A stretch of DNA of 64,000 nucleotides, taken from assembly GCA_965249575.1 (NCBI GenBank), contig OZ252244.1:3616001-3680000 (forward strand), given 5' to 3'. Below are positions 33,759 through 43,795 of the stretch, piece by piece. This DNA comes from Gemmatimonadales bacterium. GTDB lineage: Bacteria > Gemmatimonadota > Gemmatimonadetes > Gemmatimonadales > GWC2-71-9. How positions within the stretch are numbered: the first letter of the stretch is position 1; each line of letters starts with the position of its first letter. The translations under genes were made by a program, and so were the position numbers. The notes beneath the pieces are model-generated. The model worked only from the letters and a program-made list of their open reading frames with translations, was not told where the DNA came from and made no database searches.

Positions 33759-34808
33759 GTGACCACAGCCACGACGACAACGCCGTCCCCGATGCATCTG
33801 GCCATCAAGACGCTCGCCAGAGGCGAACGCCTTGGAGAAGACTTGACGGCGGCCGCGTTTGGGCAACTGATGGGCGGCGAGGCGAGTCCGGTGCAAGCGG
33901 CGGCTCTCTTGATCGGGTTGCGAGTGCAGGGCGAGACCGACGAGGAAGTTGCGGGGGCGGTCAGAGCGATGCGGGGTGCGATGGTCAGGGTGGAAATCGC
34001 CGACCGGCGGTTTCTCATCGATACCTGCGGCACTGGTGGGGGAACGGTGTCGACGTTCAATATCTCGACGGCCGCGGCGTTCGTCGCCGCTGGAGCAGGG
34101 GTGCGGGTTGCGAAACATGGGAACCGGTCCTTTACCTCCCAGTGCGGTTCGGCAGACGTGCTCGAAGCCCTGCGGGGGAACATCGAGTCCGACGCAGCGC
34201 AGGCGGTGAATCTTCTGAAATCCAGTGGTGTGGCGTTCCTGTTTGCTCCTTCCTTCCATCCTGCGATGCGTTTCGTCGGGCCGGTGCGGCGCGAGCTTGC
34301 GGTCCCGACGATCATGAACATCGTGGGTCCTCTCTCGAATCCAGCAAGCGTGGGCCGGCAGGTCCTTGGCGTTGCGGACCCCGCTCGAGCGCCAGTGCTT
34401 GCGGGAGCCCTCCAAAGGCTCGGGGCGGAGCATGCGGTGGTCGTGCACGGGACAGCCGGGATGGACGAGATCTCGCCCCGTGGCACCACGTTGGTGTGGG
34501 AGGTGAAGAACGGGACCGTGAGTACGTGGGAGCTCGAGCCCGGACGCTACGGATTGGAGGTGGTGAACCTCGCGGCACTCGCTGGCGGGGATCCCCAAGC
34601 AAACGCCGAGCGTATCCGCAGCCTCTTCGAGCGCCCCATGGACGATGTCGCGGGACGGGCCGCCGTCGTTCTCAACGCCGGCGCGGCGATCTACGTGTCG
34701 GGCAAGGCCGACTCGATAGAAGATGGGATCGAACAGGCTAGCGCATCACTGAACGCCGGGGCCGCGGCCGAACGGCTGCAACGGTTCGTCCAGGGTGGGA
34801 CGCCCTAG
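33759..34808 (+). CDS. trpD: Anthranilate phosphoribosyltransferase
   Basis: DTCGTGG, FNIST, KHGNRS, GSADVLEAL, GMDEIS. Confidence 0.96.
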   Translation: MTTATTTTPSPMHLAIKTLARGERLGEDLTAAAFGQLMGGEASPVQAAALLIGLRVQGETDEEVAGAVRAMRGAMVRVEIADRRFLIDTCGTGGGTVSTFNISTAAAFVAAGAGVRVAKHGNRSFTSQCGSADVLEALRGNIESDAAQAVNLLKSSGVAFLFAPSFHPAMRFVGPVRRELAVPTIMNIVGPLSNPASVGRQVLGVADPARAPVLAGALQRLGAEHAVVVHGTAGMDEISPRGTTLVWEVKNGTVSTWELEPGRYGLEVVNLAALAGGDPQANAERIRSLFERPMDDVAGRAAVVLNAGAAIYVSGKADSIEDGIEQASASLNAGAAAERLQRFVQGGTP

Positions 34809-35413
34809 AACTTGCGGATCACTCCGACCACGATTCCCTGCACGAGCACGTCTTCTTCGCGTGCCCGAATCGGTTGCATGTTCTCGTTTGCAGGCTGCAG
34901 GCGAACCCAACCATCGCCCTCGCGGAAGAACCGCTTCACGGTGGCGGACGTGCCGTGGATGAGCGCAACCACCATCTCGCCCGGGTGGGCCGTATTGCGG
35001 CTGTTGACGATGACGTAGTCGCCATCCCGAATCTGCTCGTCGATCATCGAAGTCCCGCGCACGCGGAGCGCGTAACTCGAGCCGCGCCTGGGGATGAGAT
35101 CATTTGGGACGGCAAGGGTTTCCTGGTCGACGACGGCTTCAATGGGTTCGCCGGCAGCAACCTGGCCCAACAAGGGGAGTTCCGTGGCGCCTGCCTGACC
35201 GGCTGGTGGCGCTACCTCGATTGCGCGGCTTTCATTGTGCTCCCTCCGGATGTACCCTTTGCGCTCCAGGTTTGAAAGGTGTTCGTGTACCGTGGCCAGG
35301 GAGCGAAAAGCAAACTGTTCGGCGATTTCTTCGAATGAAGGCGCGTAGCCGTGTTGTCCAATATAAGACTCCACGAAATCGAGAATCTGCTTTTGACGCT
35401 TCGTAAGCGCCAT
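34805..35413 (-). CDS. lexA: SOS repressor LexA
   Basis: LTKRQ, GYAPSFEEI, cleavage site VAAGEP, GTSM (Ser), ATVKR (Lys). Confidence 0.96.
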   Translation of the reverse strand: MALTKRQKQILDFVESYIGQHGYAPSFEEIAEQFAFRSLATVHEHLSNLERKGYIRREHNESRAIEVAPPAGQAGATELPLLGQVAAGEPIEAVVDQETLAVPNDLIPRRGSSYALRVRGTSMIDEQIRDGDYVIVNSRNTAHPGEMVVALIHGTSATVKRFFREGDGWVRLQPANENMQPIRAREEDVLVQGIVVGVIRKF

Positions 35414-35436
35414 GCGCCACCCCCCAACGAGTGTTA

Positions 35437-35482
35437 CCGAACGAACGCCGAAGAATATACCCGAACACAAACCGAAGCGCAA
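35437..35482 (-). promoter_or_regulatory. lexA promoter with two candidate operator boxes
   Basis: TTGCGC(35482-35477)-N17-TATATT(35459-35454). Two copies of CCGAAC-N5-CCGAAG (+ strand 35437-35453 and 35461-35477) flank the -10. Confidence 0.7.
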
Positions 35483-35490
35483 GTTGGCGT

Positions 35491-36285
35491 ATGACGGCGA
35501 CCCTTACCTCGATCGTCGACCTTACCCGCCGCCGGGTGAGCGAGCTGCGGCTGAAAGTCGGGGAACTCGAGGATCGGGCCCGCAACGCACCGGTGCCGGT
35601 TCCGTGGGGCTCGGGGCTTCGCCAGGACGATGTCGCGGTGATTGCGGAGATTAAGCGGCGCTCGCCCTCGAAGGGGGATATTGCAACCCAATTGGATCCG
35701 GCCGCACATGCGCGGGCGTACGTCAGGGGTGGGGCGCGAGGGATCTCAGTGCTGACTGAGGGTCCGCATTTCGGGGGGTCGCTCGACGATCTCGCGCAGG
35801 TCCGTGCCTCTGTGGACACGCCACTGCTGCGGAAAGACTTCGTGGTGGACCCCGCTCAGATTTACGAGACCCGCATCGTGGGTGCGAGCGCGGTTCTCCT
35901 GATCGTGCGAGCGCTCGATTCCGCTGAGTTGCGTGAGCTAGCAAGCTTGGCGAGAGAGCTTCGGTTGGCGATATTGGTCGAGGTGCACACACCGACAGAA
36001 CTCGAGCGTGCTGTGCTGCTCGAGCCTGACGCCGTTGGCGTGAACAGCCGGGACCTGGAGACGTTCCAGGTCGATACTATCCGGGCCGCCGCGATCCTCC
36101 GCTCGATTCCGGAACATCTGGTCGCGGTGGCTGAGAGCGGACTTCACACCCGCGCGGACGTCGAGTGTGTCGCGGAGTGCGGTGCAGACGCTATCCTAGT
36201 CGGAACGGCAGTAGCTAGTTCGGCGAAACCGGCGGATGCCGTGCGAGCGCTGACGGGCGTTTCACGGTGCAGGCGGAGCGGGTAG
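35491..36285 (+). CDS. trpC: Indole-3-glycerol phosphate synthase
   Basis: [33 protein letters not shown]. Confidence 0.95.
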   Translation: MTATLTSIVDLTRRRVSELRLKVGELEDRARNAPVPVPWGSGLRQDDVAVIAEIKRRSPSKGDIATQLDPAAHARAYVRGGARGISVLTEGPHFGGSLDDLAQVRASVDTPLLRKDFVVDPAQIYETRIVGASAVLLIVRALDSAELRELASLARELRLAILVEVHTPTELERAVLLEPDAVGVNSRDLETFQVDTIRAAAILRSIPEHLVAVAESGLHTRADVECVAECGADAILVGTAVASSAKPADAVRALTGVSRCRRSG

Positions 36286-36308
36286 CCGGTGACACAGGAG
36301 GGAGAGCC

Positions 36309-37502
36309 GTGACTTCGGTTGCCGGTAGCGCCTCGGCGACCCGTTTTGGCCGCTATGGTGGGCGGTACGTTCCGGAGACGCTGATTGCGGCGTTGGACGA
36401 ACTCGCCTGCGTATACGACGCCGCGGCGGGCGATCCGTCCTTCTGCCGCCAGTTGGATCATCTCCTGCGCACCTACGCTGGCCGCCCCACTCCGATCTCC
36501 GACGCGCCGCGTTTTTCGGAGGTCGTCGGCTGCTCCGTCTTGCTCAAGCGAGAAGACTTGGCCCACACGGGCGCCCACAAGATCAACAACACGCTTGGTC
36601 AGGTGCTGCTCGCCACTCGCATGAAGAAATCTCGGATCATTGCCGAGACAGGCGCAGGACAACACGGGGTAGCGACCGCAACGGCGTGCGCTCGATTCGG
36701 TCTTGAGTGCGTCGTGTATATGGGCGAAGAGGACATGGCGAGACAGCGTCTCAACGTCTACCGCATGGAGGTGCTGGGCGCGACGGTCGTTCCGGTGAGC
36801 TCGGGTACCCGTACCCTCAAGGACGCCACCAATGAGGCCCTGCGCGATTGGGTGACCAACGTGACCACCACGCATTACGTTATTGGATCCGTGGTCGGGC
36901 CCGACCCGTTCCCGAGAATGGTGCGGGATTTCCAGCGCCCGATAGGGACCGAGTCGCGTGCCGAGATGATGGACCGGCTGGGCCGGCTGCCCAGCTCTGT
37001 CGTCGCGTGCGTCGGTGGGGGCTCGAACGCGATGGGGATCTTCAGCGGATTCCTCGAGGACGATGTGGAGCTTGTTGGGGTCGAAGCTGGAGGGCAGGGG
37101 CTAGCGGGGGCACGGCACGCCGCGTCCCTGGCCGTTGGCGTTCCGGGTGTTCTGCACGGAAGCTTGAGCTACGTCCTGCAGAATGACGACGGACAAGTGC
37201 GCCCGGCCCATTCGGTGTCCGCCGGACTCGACTATCCCGGAGTCGGCCCGGAGCACGCGCACTTGCTGGATACCGGACGGGTGCAATACGAGACTGTGAC
37301 CGACAACCAGGCGCTCGAAGCATTCCGCACCCTCGGTAGGCTTGAAGGCATTCTACCGGCACTGGAGAGCGCCCACGCGATCGCATGGGTCCTCGGGGCT
37401 GCGGGGCGGTGGGCAGGGGAGGACGTCGTGCTCATCAACCTGAGCGGGCGCGGCGACAAGGACGTCGCTCACGTCGCGGCCTTGGCAGGTTCAGCCGAAT
37501 GA
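36309..37502 (+). CDS. trpB: Tryptophan synthase beta chain
   Basis: [46 protein letters not shown]. Confidence 0.97.
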   Translation: MTSVAGSASATRFGRYGGRYVPETLIAALDELACVYDAAAGDPSFCRQLDHLLRTYAGRPTPISDAPRFSEVVGCSVLLKREDLAHTGAHKINNTLGQVLLATRMKKSRIIAETGAGQHGVATATACARFGLECVVYMGEEDMARQRLNVYRMEVLGATVVPVSSGTRTLKDATNEALRDWVTNVTTTHYVIGSVVGPDPFPRMVRDFQRPIGTESRAEMMDRLGRLPSSVVACVGGGSNAMGIFSGFLEDDVELVGVEAGGQGLAGARHAASLAVGVPGVLHGSLSYVLQNDDGQVRPAHSVSAGLDYPGVGPEHAHLLDTGRVQYETVTDNQALEAFRTLGRLEGILPALESAHAIAWVLGAAGRWAGEDVVLINLSGRGDKDVAHVAALAGSAE

Positions 37503-39169
37503 CGGATTCCGCTGTGTCCGAACCCACTGTCGATCCGGCGCCGATCGAAAACCTGATGCAGGTCATGCTCAAGGGCCTGCGCGCCATCCAACTGTACCTC
37601 CCAAACAATCCCGTGTATCAGCAGGCCGTTCAGAACGTGCGGGCGGCCTTCGCACCCGTGTGGGAGGAGTTGGATGCCCTGCCGCTGAGCGTGACGGAAA
37701 CCGAGTTCCTGTGGGAAGGGCGCCCGGTCCTGTCTCAGGAGACCAAGAACGAGAGCGTAGCGTGGCTACTCCATAAGGACGGCATCAGAGCGCTCACGTT
37801 GTCGCCGGGTGTCGAAGAGGAGGAGGTCGTCCGCTTTTTGAGCGTGGTCCAGAAAGTTCGCACGCTCCCGCCGGAGGCCGAGGATGATCTCCTGACACTG
37901 CTTTGGGAAGAAGACTTCCAGCATGTGCACTACAGTTTCGTCGAGCTGGGGGAAGACGTCCTCCCACCCCTCGAGCGAGACGAGGACAAGCCACCGCCGG
38001 ATCCCGAGGCAGTAAAGCGCGAAGTCGTTCGGGAAACGGAACCCCCCCAAGGGATTGTGAGTCTGGAAGATTTCGATCCGACTCTCTACTTCCTCGACGA
38101 GTCGGAGATCGAATACCTGCAGGGCGAGTTCCAACGCGAGTACAAACAGGACCTGCGATCGAACGTCCTTGGGATTCTCTTCGATCTTCTCGAGTTGCAG
38201 ACCTACACCACGGTGCGCACCGAGGTGGTCTCCATCGTCGAAAACTTCCTCCCGTATCTGCTCGCGGTGGGGGATTTTCGATCGGTGGCGTACGTCCTGC
38301 GGGAGCTCCGGGTCATCTTGGATCGCGCGAGGGAGTTGAGCCCTGAACATAAGGACGCGATCGAGAGTCTTCCCGCGAAGCTGTCCCAACCTGAATCTCT
38401 GTCCCAGCTTCTTCAGTCGCTGGACGAGGCACTCGTGTTTCCGACTGAGGACGAGCTGGGCGAGCTCTTTCGTGAGTTTCGCGCCGACGCCCTCGCGACG
38501 ATCGTGACGTGGCTTCCCAAACTCACGAACGAGCGGGTCCGCGAAATACTCGACGGGGCGGCGCAGCGGTTGGCCCAGGCGCACCCCGAGGAGGTCGTCA
38601 AAGCGCTCCAGCACGACGATGATGCTGCCGTCCTCGAGACCGTTCGAATGGTGAGCCGCCTCAAGCTCCCTCCCGTCGTGCCCGCGCTTGGCGATTTGCT
38701 GGCGCACCCGGACCAGGAACTTCGGCATACGACCGCCGAGGCGCTCGCGACGATTGGAACCCCCGGAGCGATGCAGCAGCTCGAAAAGGCAATCGACGAC
38801 TCGGACCGTGAAGTTCGCATGATCGCAGTCCGCACGCTCGGGTCCAAGGGGCATCGCGGGGCCTTTCCCAAGGTCGAGGCCGCGGTGATGGGAAAGAGTC
38901 TGCGCGGGGCCGATCTGTCGGAAAAGATGGCGGTGTTCGAAGCATATGGCCTGCTGGCGGGAGCCGCCGGTGTGGAGCATTTGGCTCCGATGCTGCTCGG
39001 CAAGGGGTTCATGAAGCGCAAGGAGGATCCAGAAACGCGTGCGTGCGCGGCGATGGCACTCGGCAAAATCGCCACCCCCGACGTCAAGGAGATCCTCCAG
39101 AACGCGCAGTCCGATAAAGAACCGCTGGTCCGGAATGCCATTAACAAGGCGCTCAGGGAGCTACGCTAG
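37499..39169 (+). CDS. HEAT-repeat protein with uncharacterised N-terminal domain
   Basis: C-terminal HEAT-like units ([39 protein letters not shown]). ATGA overlap with trpB. Confidence 0.82.
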   Translation: MTDSAVSEPTVDPAPIENLMQVMLKGLRAIQLYLPNNPVYQQAVQNVRAAFAPVWEELDALPLSVTETEFLWEGRPVLSQETKNESVAWLLHKDGIRALTLSPGVEEEEVVRFLSVVQKVRTLPPEAEDDLLTLLWEEDFQHVHYSFVELGEDVLPPLERDEDKPPPDPEAVKREVVRETEPPQGIVSLEDFDPTLYFLDESEIEYLQGEFQREYKQDLRSNVLGILFDLLELQTYTTVRTEVVSIVENFLPYLLAVGDFRSVAYVLRELRVILDRARELSPEHKDAIESLPAKLSQPESLSQLLQSLDEALVFPTEDELGELFREFRADALATIVTWLPKLTNERVREILDGAAQRLAQAHPEEVVKALQHDDDAAVLETVRMVSRLKLPPVVPALGDLLAHPDQELRHTTAEALATIGTPGAMQQLEKAIDDSDREVRMIAVRTLGSKGHRGAFPKVEAAVMGKSLRGADLSEKMAVFEAYGLLAGAAGVEHLAPMLLGKGFMKRKEDPETRACAAMALGKIATPDVKEILQNAQSDKEPLVRNAINKALRELR

Positions 39170-40644
39170 TGGGTGACGAAGAGGTCCGCCGTATCTCCCG
39201 GCCGTCCATGGTGGACAGCCTCCGGGACTCCGAGCGGTTCACTCGGGAGGCGGGGCGGGATTTTGTCGTGGCGCTTTACGCCGCGTTGCGCAATCTGAAG
39301 CTCTATCCGGTCGAGAACGACCAGGCGCAGAAAGCATTGCAGGAGCTCGCCGCGATCGCTCGAAAGCTGCATGCGGCGGAGCCCGAGCTTGAGGTCCGCA
39401 TGGCGGGCGAGTTCATTTTCGTCAATGGCACCCGCCTCCGTCTTGGGCTCGACAACTACGCGTCGTTCTCTCACGTGCTCACCACCCTGGCGCAGTGCGA
39501 TATCGGGACGATCCTCATCGACGAGGACGTCGATAATCGCGAGCTCCAGGTGTTCGTGTCGCTGCTCCTATCGTTCGCGACTCGGGAAGGCGATTCGAAC
39601 AAGTTGTTCGATCTGCAGGAGAAGCTCGACCAAGCGAACGTCGCACACGTCCACATCGAAGCATCTTCAGACAGTGAAGGCGAGTCTCACGAACAGGCGA
39701 AGGAGGTGGCCAAGCGCACGTACGAGCGGTCCGTCGCCGTCACCAAGGAAGTGATCAACAGCGTCCGCATGGGACGGAGCGCGAGCGTCAAGAAGGTGAA
39801 ACGCGCCGTCCAGAGCATCGTGGACCAAATACTGAGCAACGAGGACTCACTGGTCGGACTGACGACCATCCGTGATTACGACGAATACACCTTCACCCAC
39901 TCCGTCAACGTCTGCATCTTCAGCGTCGCCATCGGTCGCCGCTTAGGTCTCACCAAGCTCCAGCTCTACGACCTGGGCCTAGCAGCACTCTTCCACGATG
40001 TGGGGAAGAGCCGTGTTCCGCTCGAAGTTCTGGGCAAGGAGGGGCCACTCACCGAAGAAGAATGGCGGATGATGCAGGCCCATCCGTGGCTCGGCGTGCT
40101 GACGCTGTTCGGACTTCGAGGCTACGGTGAGATTCCGTATCGGGGGATCATCACCGCGCACGAGCACCATATGAAGATCGACCTGACGGGATATCCCAAG
40201 AGCATTCGTCCCAGGCAGCTCTCGGTCTACTCGAAGATCGTCGCCGTGGCGGACGGTTTCGACGCCGCGACCACGCGGCGGGCGTATCAGACCGTACCAA
40301 TTCAGCCAGATCAGGTGTTGCGAGAGATGTGGGAAAACCCTCGTCGAGGATACGACCGCGTTCTCGTGAAGGCGCTGACCAACCTCCTCGGGATCTATCC
40401 GGTCGGTACCTGCGTGATCTTGGACAGCTATGAGGTGGGGATCGTGCACGCGGCGAATCCCGATGTCGCCCACATCCACCGCCCGATCGTCCGCATTGTC
40501 TGCGCGCCCGACGGCTCTCTCGTGCCGGGTGGACCCCTCATCGATTTGGGTGAAGCGGGGGGCACCACCGGATACAAGCGATCGATCATCAAGGTTACCG
40601 ATCCTGGAAAGTACGGTATCGAGCCCTCCGACTACTTTGTCTGA
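39169..40644 (+). CDS. HD-GYP domain phosphodiesterase
   Basis: YTFTHSVNV, FHDVGK, AHPWLG, EHHMKIDLTGYP, VADGFDA. Confidence 0.88.
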   Translation: MGDEEVRRISRPSMVDSLRDSERFTREAGRDFVVALYAALRNLKLYPVENDQAQKALQELAAIARKLHAAEPELEVRMAGEFIFVNGTRLRLGLDNYASFSHVLTTLAQCDIGTILIDEDVDNRELQVFVSLLLSFATREGDSNKLFDLQEKLDQANVAHVHIEASSDSEGESHEQAKEVAKRTYERSVAVTKEVINSVRMGRSASVKKVKRAVQSIVDQILSNEDSLVGLTTIRDYDEYTFTHSVNVCIFSVAIGRRLGLTKLQLYDLGLAALFHDVGKSRVPLEVLGKEGPLTEEEWRMMQAHPWLGVLTLFGLRGYGEIPYRGIITAHEHHMKIDLTGYPKSIRPRQLSVYSKIVAVADGFDAATTRRAYQTVPIQPDQVLREMWENPRRGYDRVLVKALTNLLGIYPVGTCVILDSYEVGIVHAANPDVAHIHRPIVRIVCAPDGSLVPGGPLIDLGEAGGTTGYKRSIIKVTDPGKYGIEPSDYFV

Positions 40645-41443
40645 CCACGGCATCGCGGAGCGGTGGGAGACCGTTCGTCGCGAGCGGCGTGCCGCGCTCA
40701 TCCCCTATCTCACCGCGGGCTTTCCCACTCCCGGAGACAGCCTCGACGCGCTCCAAGCCGTCGCGGCGGCTGGTGCCGACTTCCTGGAGATCGGCATCCC
40801 GTTCAGCGATCCCCTGGCCGACGGGCCCGTCATTCAACGCGCCAGCCAGATCGCTCTCGAACGAGGCATGACGGTCGATGCAACGCTTCGTCTCGTCCGG
40901 GATGCACAGCTCGACTGTCCGGTGATTGCGTTCTCGTATCTCAATCCGATCCTGGCATATGGACTCGACCAGTTTGTCGATCATGCGATTGATGCCGGGA
41001 TTGCGGGCGTGCTGGTCACGGATTTGCCAGCTGGAGAGGACGTGGAGACAGAGCGCCGGCTCCGGCGCCGAGGTGCGGATCTGATACGCCTGGTTGCCCC
41101 GACCACGCCGGACGCGCGTCTGCGGTCGCTAGCGGATGCGGCGAGCGGCTTCATCTACGCGATCTCCCGACTGGGGGTCACCGGAGCACCGACTCGACTC
41201 GGGGAACCGACCGCGCAGCTCGTTTCCCGGATACGGCGGGTGACTACCCTGCCGGTTGCGGTTGGCTTCGGCCTCGCTACCGCGCAGCAGGCGCGGGAAG
41301 TCGCTGGCATCGCCGATGGGGTAGTCGTCGGGAGTGCGCTTCTGCGCGCGCTCGAGCGCGGGCTGGAGGCGGCGCGAGAACTGATGGCTGAGCTGCGTGG
41401 CGCGGTGGCCGAGCCGGTGATTCCTGCGCGTGTCCAGCGATAG
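40637..41443 (+). CDS. trpA: Tryptophan synthase alpha chain
   Basis: PYLTAGFP, EIGIPFSDPLADGPVIQ, SYLNP, GVTG, VGFG, DGVVVGSA; TTG start assumed. Confidence 0.95.
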   Translation: MSDHGIAERWETVRRERRAALIPYLTAGFPTPGDSLDALQAVAAAGADFLEIGIPFSDPLADGPVIQRASQIALERGMTVDATLRLVRDAQLDCPVIAFSYLNPILAYGLDQFVDHAIDAGIAGVLVTDLPAGEDVETERRLRRRGADLIRLVAPTTPDARLRSLADAASGFIYAISRLGVTGAPTRLGEPTAQLVSRIRRVTTLPVAVGFGLATAQQAREVAGIADGVVVGSALLRALERGLEAARELMAELRGAVAEPVIPARVQR

Positions 41444-41825
41444 CGCCGGCCCGAACCAGCGGGACTGCATCACGCTCAAGGGTATGCGCTTTCACACGTT
41501 GGTCGGCGTGCTACCCCACGAGAAAGATGTCCCGCAACCGCTCGAGCTCGATCTCACCGTCTGGCTCTCGCTCCGGCAAGTAGGACAGACCGACTCACCG
41601 CGCATGTCGCTCGACTATCGCGATCTGTACGCGATGGTCGAAGAGACAGTGGGAAGGAGCCACCATCGGCTCTTGGAGGGGCTGTGTGCGAGAATCGCCG
41701 AGCGAGCTTTACGACTGGATTCGGTACAGCGGGTCCGTGTGGCGGCGCGCAAACCCCACGCTCCCATCAATGGTCCACTCGATTTCGTGGAGGTCGTGCT
41801 CGAACGCACCGCCGATGACGCCTGA
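41430..41825 (+). CDS. folB: Dihydroneopterin aldolase
   Basis: GVLPHEK, LDYRDLY, LLEGL, KPHAPI. Confidence 0.9.
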   Translation: MSSDSAGPNQRDCITLKGMRFHTLVGVLPHEKDVPQPLELDLTVWLSLRQVGQTDSPRMSLDYRDLYAMVEETVGRSHHRLLEGLCARIAERALRLDSVQRVRVAARKPHAPINGPLDFVEVVLERTADDA

Positions 41826-42231
41826 ATGGGCATTCGTGGCGCTGGGCTCGAATCTCGGAGACCGCGCCGCGTATCTCGAGTGCGCACGGGATGGTCTGGC
41901 CCAGCTGGCGGATACGACGCTCGTGGCACAGAGCCGGGTGGAGGAGACCGCGCCGATCGGTCCGCGAGACCAGGCTAGCTACCTCAATCAGATGGTGCTA
42001 ATCCAGACCAAGATGTCTCCCGCCGACCTGCTCGCTGCGTGCCTTGGCATTGAGAGACGGGCGGGCCGCGTTCGAGGTGAACGCTGGAGTTCGCGAACGC
42101 TCGACCTCGATATCGTCAAATACGGTGATCGTGTCGTCAGCGGGCCGGACCTCGTCATTCCGCACCCCGAGCTATCGAATCGTGCTTTCTGGCAACGGCA
42201 ATTAGAGGAGCTCTTGCCGCATGCGCGGTAA
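41815..42231 (+). CDS. folK: 2-amino-4-hydroxy-6-hydroxymethyldihydropteridine diphosphokinase
   Basis: ALGSNLGDR, YLNQ, RWSSRTLDLDI, LVIPHP. Confidence 0.93.
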   Translation: MTPEWAFVALGSNLGDRAAYLECARDGLAQLADTTLVAQSRVEETAPIGPRDQASYLNQMVLIQTKMSPADLLAACLGIERRAGRVRGERWSSRTLDLDIVKYGDRVVSGPDLVIPHPELSNRAFWQRQLEELLPHAR

Positions 42232-42364
42232 CCCATTTGCGGGTCTCGTCGATGGGGCGGGCGTGGACGTCACTCTGGTCGTGGACTCGGTCAATGCCGT
42301 GTCCTACGGCGAGGACACTACGGTGGTGGCGACCATGGAGCAGATGTACCACGGCACGAAATGA
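42221..42364 (+). pseudogene. panB: 47-codon relic of 3-methyl-2-oxobutanoate hydroxymethyltransferase
   Basis: Manual translation MRGNPFAGLVDGAGVDVTLVVDSVNAVSYGEDTTVVATMEQMYHGTK resembles the PanB segment FAxLxDxAGVDxxLVGDS...GxxxT..VT..xMxYH. It sits in the folK-panB-panC position. Confidence 0.75.
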
Positions 42365-43236
42365 TCGAGATCACCGAGCCGGTGGGGATGAGGGATTGGT
42401 CCCGGGCCGCGCGCGCGCGCGGTCAGCGGGTCAGCTTCGTGCCAACGATGGGGTATCTGCACGAAGGCCACCTCCGATTGGTCGACCTCGCCCGGGACCA
42501 TGGCGAGGCAGTCGTGCTGAGCGTCTTCGTCAATCCCCTGCAATTCGCCGAGGGCGAGGACATCGATCGCTATCCCAGAGATCTGGACGGTGATCGTGCG
42601 GCGGCCGGGCGGCGGCGGGTTGCCCTCCTCTTCGCCCCGACTGCCGAGACGATCTATCCCACGCGGCCAATTGTGCGCGTCGTCCCGGGTGGTCTCGCCC
42701 GCCACCTGTGCGGCCCCGCGCGACCCGGGCACTTCGAGGGGGTCCTGACAGTAGTGGCAAAACTGTTCCACATTGTCGAGCCAGACATCGCCGTGTTTGG
42801 GCGAAAAGACTATCAGCAGGCGACGATGATCCGTCGCATGGCGCTTGATCTCGATATGGCCGTGGACATCATTGTCGGACCGATAGTGCGGGAGCCGGAT
42901 GGTCTGGCGCTCAGCTCACGAAATGCATACCTGGACGACCGCTCACGGCAGGCCGCAACCGTGCTCCCCCGGGGGCTCGAGGCGGTGCACCACGCGCACG
43001 GGAGCGGTGAGATCCGCGCGGGCCGGCTGCGCGAGATCGCAACGGGCGTCATGAGGGAGGAGCCCGACGTGCACGTCGAGTATCTCGAGGTCGTGAGCCC
43101 CGAGGATCTAGTGCCCCTTGAAGTGGCAGCGGCGGATTCCATCGTCGCCGTCGCGGCGCACGTAGGTGGGGCGCGCCTCATCGACAACATCGTTCTCGGG
43201 GAGGGGTTGCAGGGGGACCTTCGAATTGCCGGTTGA
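42361..43236 (+). CDS. panC: Pantoate--beta-alanine ligase
   Basis: FVPTMGYLHEGH, FVNPLQF, RPGHFEGV, FGRKDYQQ, GLALSSRN, RLIDN. Confidence 0.96.
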   Translation: MIEITEPVGMRDWSRAARARGQRVSFVPTMGYLHEGHLRLVDLARDHGEAVVLSVFVNPLQFAEGEDIDRYPRDLDGDRAAAGRRRVALLFAPTAETIYPTRPIVRVVPGGLARHLCGPARPGHFEGVLTVVAKLFHIVEPDIAVFGRKDYQQATMIRRMALDLDMAVDIIVGPIVREPDGLALSSRNAYLDDRSRQAATVLPRGLEAVHHAHGSGEIRAGRLREIATGVMREEPDVHVEYLEVVSPEDLVPLEVAAADSIVAVAAHVGGARLIDNIVLGEGLQGDLRIAG

Positions 43237-43261
43237 CGAACCTGCCCGTGGTAGTTCGCCG

Positions 43262-43795
43262 GTGAATGACGTGCCGTCGTGGGCCGTGGTCTCGACGGCG
43301 CGCCGGGAGCACGTCGGTCGTGTGGTCGAGCTGCTGGCATCTTGGGCGGAGCACATGGGCAAGCCGGCGGCCGAACGCGGGCGATGGATCCGTGCCGGAT
43401 ACCTGCACGATGCTCTGCGGGATGCCGATTCGGCGAGGGTAGCGCAGCTTGCCGGGACCGACTGGACCGTGCCGAGCGTTCGCCACGGTCCGGCGGCGGC
43501 GACGCTGGCCGCCGAGCACGGCGAGGCGGACCCCGGGGTGCTGAACGCCGTGCGCTACCACTCCGTCGGGTTTGCTGACTGGGATGCTGTTGGGCGCATG
43601 CTCTACCTGGCCGACTATTTGGAACCCGGACGCACGTTCTCGGGCGACGCGCGCCTGGGACTCTCAGAGCGAGTCCCGCACGACCCCGACGCGGTGCTGC
43701 GCGAGGTTGCCATGGATAGGATCGCCTGGGGGCTCAGGTCGGGATGGTCGCTACACGCGGAGACGGTACGATTCTGGAACGCCCTCGTTCATTGA
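43262..43795 (+). CDS. HD-domain hydrolase (YqeK-like)
   Basis: EHVGRV, YLHDALR, HGPAAA, VRYHSVG, YLADYLEPGR; start uncertain. Confidence 0.8.
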   Translation: MNDVPSWAVVSTARREHVGRVVELLASWAEHMGKPAAERGRWIRAGYLHDALRDADSARVAQLAGTDWTVPSVRHGPAAATLAAEHGEADPGVLNAVRYHSVGFADWDAVGRMLYLADYLEPGRTFSGDARLGLSERVPHDPDAVLREVAMDRIAWGLRSGWSLHAETVRFWNALVH

